The notes beneath the pieces are model-generated. The model saw nothing but the letters and a program-made list of their open reading frames with translations, was not told the DNA's origin and searched no databases. A stretch of DNA of 64,000 bases from Eledone cirrhosa (Eukaryota). The position numbers were made by a program, and so were the translations under genes. The DNA is taken from contig CAXHJY010001131.1 of NCBI GenBank assembly GCA_964016885.1, positions 1-64,000 of the forward strand. Reading direction: 5' to 3'. Positions 60,313 to 64,000 of this stretch are shown one piece after another. Numbering within the stretch: the first letter of the stretch is position 1; every line of letters starts with the position of its first letter.

Positions 60313-60494
60313 GCACAGAGATGTGCTGGGGTTATATTGCCATCACAAGGAGACATTCGTTGCCTTAAACCTGTGTTAACATTGAACCAGGTTGTAACAC
60401 CGAGGAAACATCTTCAACAGGAGTGAAATGTCAGCAACCATCTCGTCTAAGTTTCGAGCATGAAAATAACATTAAATTTTTCATTCTCTATAGG

Positions 60495-60867
60495 CTTTCG
60501 ATCATAATTTTTAACTCCTTCACACAGACTTTTTCTCCATAAGATCCTATCATAAGCAGCTGTTCTCCACTTGTTCAACACAACATCCAATATTGTTAAG
60601 TTGTTTTATATGTTGCCGCAAAATCATATATATGAGTGACATGCTGGTCTCGTCTCTACATTTAACTCTCCATTTAACAAATGTTTTGGCATTCTCTCAT
60701 CCACGAGCCGAACAACGTGTCCAACCTAACGTAAGCTACTTTCCGTAAAATGGCTTTCTATACTTACGCTCCTAGCACATTGAAACAGCGCTTTACCAGC
60801 AGTAAAACGTGTTCATTTCACTCCCAGAATCTGTCTAAAACAGTTCTAATGAAGTAACAATTACAAG
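60495..60867 (-). pseudogene. RTE-clade LINE ORF2 C-terminal remnant
   Basis: Minus strand translates CFRQILGVK*...LR*VGHVVRLVDERMPKHLLNGEL...WRTAAYDRILWRK, matching RTE LRWxGHVxRMxDxRxPKxLLYGEL and WExxAxDRxxWR motifs, with stops. Confidence 0.8.
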
Positions 60868-60889
60868 TGGTTGCACCAAAGCGTTTTAA

Positions 60890-61940
60890 TTGCTCTGCTT
60901 TGAAGGGCGCTTCAAACTGTGAAGAAATGAAGAATACTATAGATTTACTGGAGTTTGAGGAAACATGAACAGATTTTAGATACAAGATTCACTGTGCATC
61001 TTGGGAAATGTTAGGGGGATTATATTCAAGAGAAGGGCATGGTTTTAAGAGAAGGATCCAATTAATGAACTCTTAGAATTAAATCGAGATGTAAGGGATT
61101 AACCTTTTGAAAGCTGGAAAGTTAGCTCAGATTTATAAAAGTATTTATAACTTCTTTTAACGATACTAAGAGATACATGCAAAGAGAAATAAGGGAAAAT
61201 GAAGGACGACTGACTGGTGGAGAGTTAAGTGATCAGAGATTCAGGAGGTAGTAAATAGAAAGGACGCACAACTTATGTACTGTTTGATAGGAGAAGTTTT
61301 GGGACCTCAAGTGTCTAAAGTTGGTAACCTCTGATGTCTAAAGTTGGGGACCTCTGATGTCTAAAGTTGGTAACATTTTTACGATGATTCAGCTGCTATA
61401 ATAAAACAGTGGGAGGAACACTATAGAGATCTGTTCTATAACCTATCTTTGGTGGATATTACTATAATCAGGAATTTACCCCAATTTGATATTACCGAAA
61501 GATTGAACAATATTCCATCTATGGAGGAATTTCATGTTGTATTAAGCCAGGAAAATGAAGGTAAAACTCCAGGTGCGGATGGAATACCTAAGAAGGTGCT
61601 GGTGGTTTGTGGAGATAGAATAAAGTAGTTGCTATATGGCATGTTTTTCAATTCGAAATGGTTCTTCTGTGCCGCAGGATTGAAAAGATGCAATTGTGGT
61701 CTTACTGCACAGGTAAAGCAAAAAAGATATTAGTGACCTCATCAGCGGTATTTCGTTGTTCGGCCACTGTGGCAATACATTTAGTAAGATTCTTCTGAAT
61801 AGGTTAATGAAGCACGTATTGCACAGGGATGCCAATGTGGGTTTCGTGTTGGGAGGGGACGGTTGACTTGATTTTCATAGCTCGTCAAATGCAAGAGAAA
61901 TGTCTTCAGCAACAGGTAAACCTTATTCAGGTATTCCAAA
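60890..61940 (+). pseudogene. RTE-clade LINE ORF2 linker and RT N-terminal remnant
   Basis: WEEHYRDLF (61410), GKTPGADGIP (61560), VPQD*KDA, KILLNRL, QCGFR (61833), LIFIARQMQEKC (61870-61903). Contains stops and frameshifts. Confidence 0.88.
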
Positions 61941-62274
61941 GTTGTTGCATGTGAGATATGAACTCGTGAGATTTTAACGCGGAACCACGTGAAATATTTA
62001 CTAAACCTTTGTTTTCTATGTTTGTCTTTTTGTTGTTGTTGTTGTTGGCATTATTTATTTCATCGGTAGAACGTTGCGCGGCATAGAGTTATGTGCCTTT
62101 ATGTTCTGAGTTCAAATCCCGTCGAGGTTAGCTTTGCTTTTCATCATTACGGGGTCTATAAAATAAAGTACCAGTAACACACTAGGGTTGATTTAATTGC
62201 TGGCTTTATGAACAAATCAGAAGCCATTATTTAAAGTTATATATCTATAGGTATAGGGATGTGTGTATATAAAC

Positions 62275-62350
<76 letters not shown>

Positions 62351-62416
62351 GTTTATATACACACATGTATGAAGAATATATATATATATATATTCTTCAT
62401 TTAACGTCTGCTTTCC

Positions 62417-62498
<82 letters not shown>

Positions 62499-62537
62499 TA
62501 GATATATATATATAGATAGATATATATATATATATAG

Positions 62538-62698
<161 letters not shown>

Positions 62699-62741
62699 AA
62701 TATATATATAAATATATATATATAAATATATATATATATAA

Positions 62742-62868
<127 letters not shown>

Positions 62869-62873
62869 GATAT

Positions 62874-62952
<79 letters not shown>

Positions 62953-62987
62953 AATATATATATATATAAATATATATATATATAAAT

Positions 62988-63072
<85 letters not shown>

Positions 63073-63074
<2 letters not shown>

Positions 63075-63247
63075 CAAAGGAAATGTGGTAGGAACCAGAT
63101 GGACCATAACGCACCAGAGTACTCAATACTTTGGGTAGTAGAGTAGGAAATAGGAAAAAGTATGACCCCGGCGGCAGAGCTCAAGCCGTTTAGTCCAGAA
63201 ATAGCCGTCGAAACGGCTTGAGCTCTGCCGTCGGGGCCATACTTTTT

Positions 63248-63252
<5 letters not shown>
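63073..63252 (-). mobile_element. HHR family B fold-back copy between (TA)n tracts
   Basis: ataggaaaaagtatgaccccggcggcagagctcaagccgttt...GAAACggcttgagctctgccGTCggggccatactttttcctat. Confidence 0.75.
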
Positions 63253-63286
<34 letters not shown>

Positions 63287-63852
63287 AGAGAAGGAGGGAG
63301 GGGGAGAGAGGGCGATATTAATAATTAAGAAAATTAATCAATTAAATCTATTATTCCCATTAATATTTACTTCATACTTAAAGAAAATAGAGTATTGATA
63401 TTATTAAAAGCTTCACATTCCCTCCGGTTTAAGCTTGGCCGTAGGGCATATCATCTCTATAATGATGATTGCTATTCTAACCACGCGACCTGCTTTTTGT
63501 AGGGCGGGAGTAAGTCATTTATATGGACCTCAGAAGGATGAAAGAAAATGTTGAGTTCGTTGGGACTAGAAATCAAAATTAAAAGGGCCGGGACAAATAC
63601 TACATAACATTTTACCCAACGCTCTACCGATCCTGCTAATCCAGCGCCCTTATCATCTATATAATGCATTCTAATTTAGGAACAAAGCTGACAATTTGAG
63701 GAGAGGGGAAGTCAATTAAATCTACCCTAGTGCATTACTGGTACTCTATTTTACGACCCCCGTAAGGATGAAAGGCAAAACTAACCTCGCCGTGATTTGA
63801 ACTCACTTATCAGCTATCTAATGCTAATAATTATAACTATATATATATGTGT

Positions 63853-63896
<44 letters not shown>

Positions 63897-64000
63897 CTCT
63901 GTGTATCTGTGTGTATGTGTCTGTGTGTGCGTGTGTGTGTATGTGTGTTTTTAAGTGTATGTGTGTTTTAGAGTAAGGTGTAAATATTCAGGTAATAAAA

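Overview
This is a eukaryotic, very AT-rich window dominated by microsatellites ((TA)n, (CA)n, (GA)n, (CATA)n). The SINE and LINE remnants resemble those I recall from octopod cephalopods; the taxon is an inference. The only credible protein-coding gene is an intronless class III POU homeobox gene (POU3/Brn-1/2/vvl type, 28879..30222, minus strand) with a CCAAT-box promoter and a long upstream purine tract. Almost all other ORFs are translations of simple repeats. Interspersed repeats include about 20 copies of a tRNA-derived SINE, a second V-domain-like SINE, remnants of RTE, R4/Dong-like, CRE-like and Ingi/Vingi-like LINEs, two hAT MITEs with 8-bp TSDs and a mariner-like MITE. The most notable signal is a dense population of short (100-300 bp) non-coding elements, in at least five families plus singletons, nearly all lying in or next to (TA)n tracts. 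They carry type I hammerhead ribozyme (HHR) folds (CUGANGA...GAAA...UH with stems I-III) and usually appear as head-to-head fold-backs whose junction lies inside or right next to the ribozyme. This matches the ends (pLTRs) of Penelope-like elements or non-autonomous retrozyme-like derivatives. All folds were derived by eye; no database search or folding program was run, and repeat boundaries are approximate.
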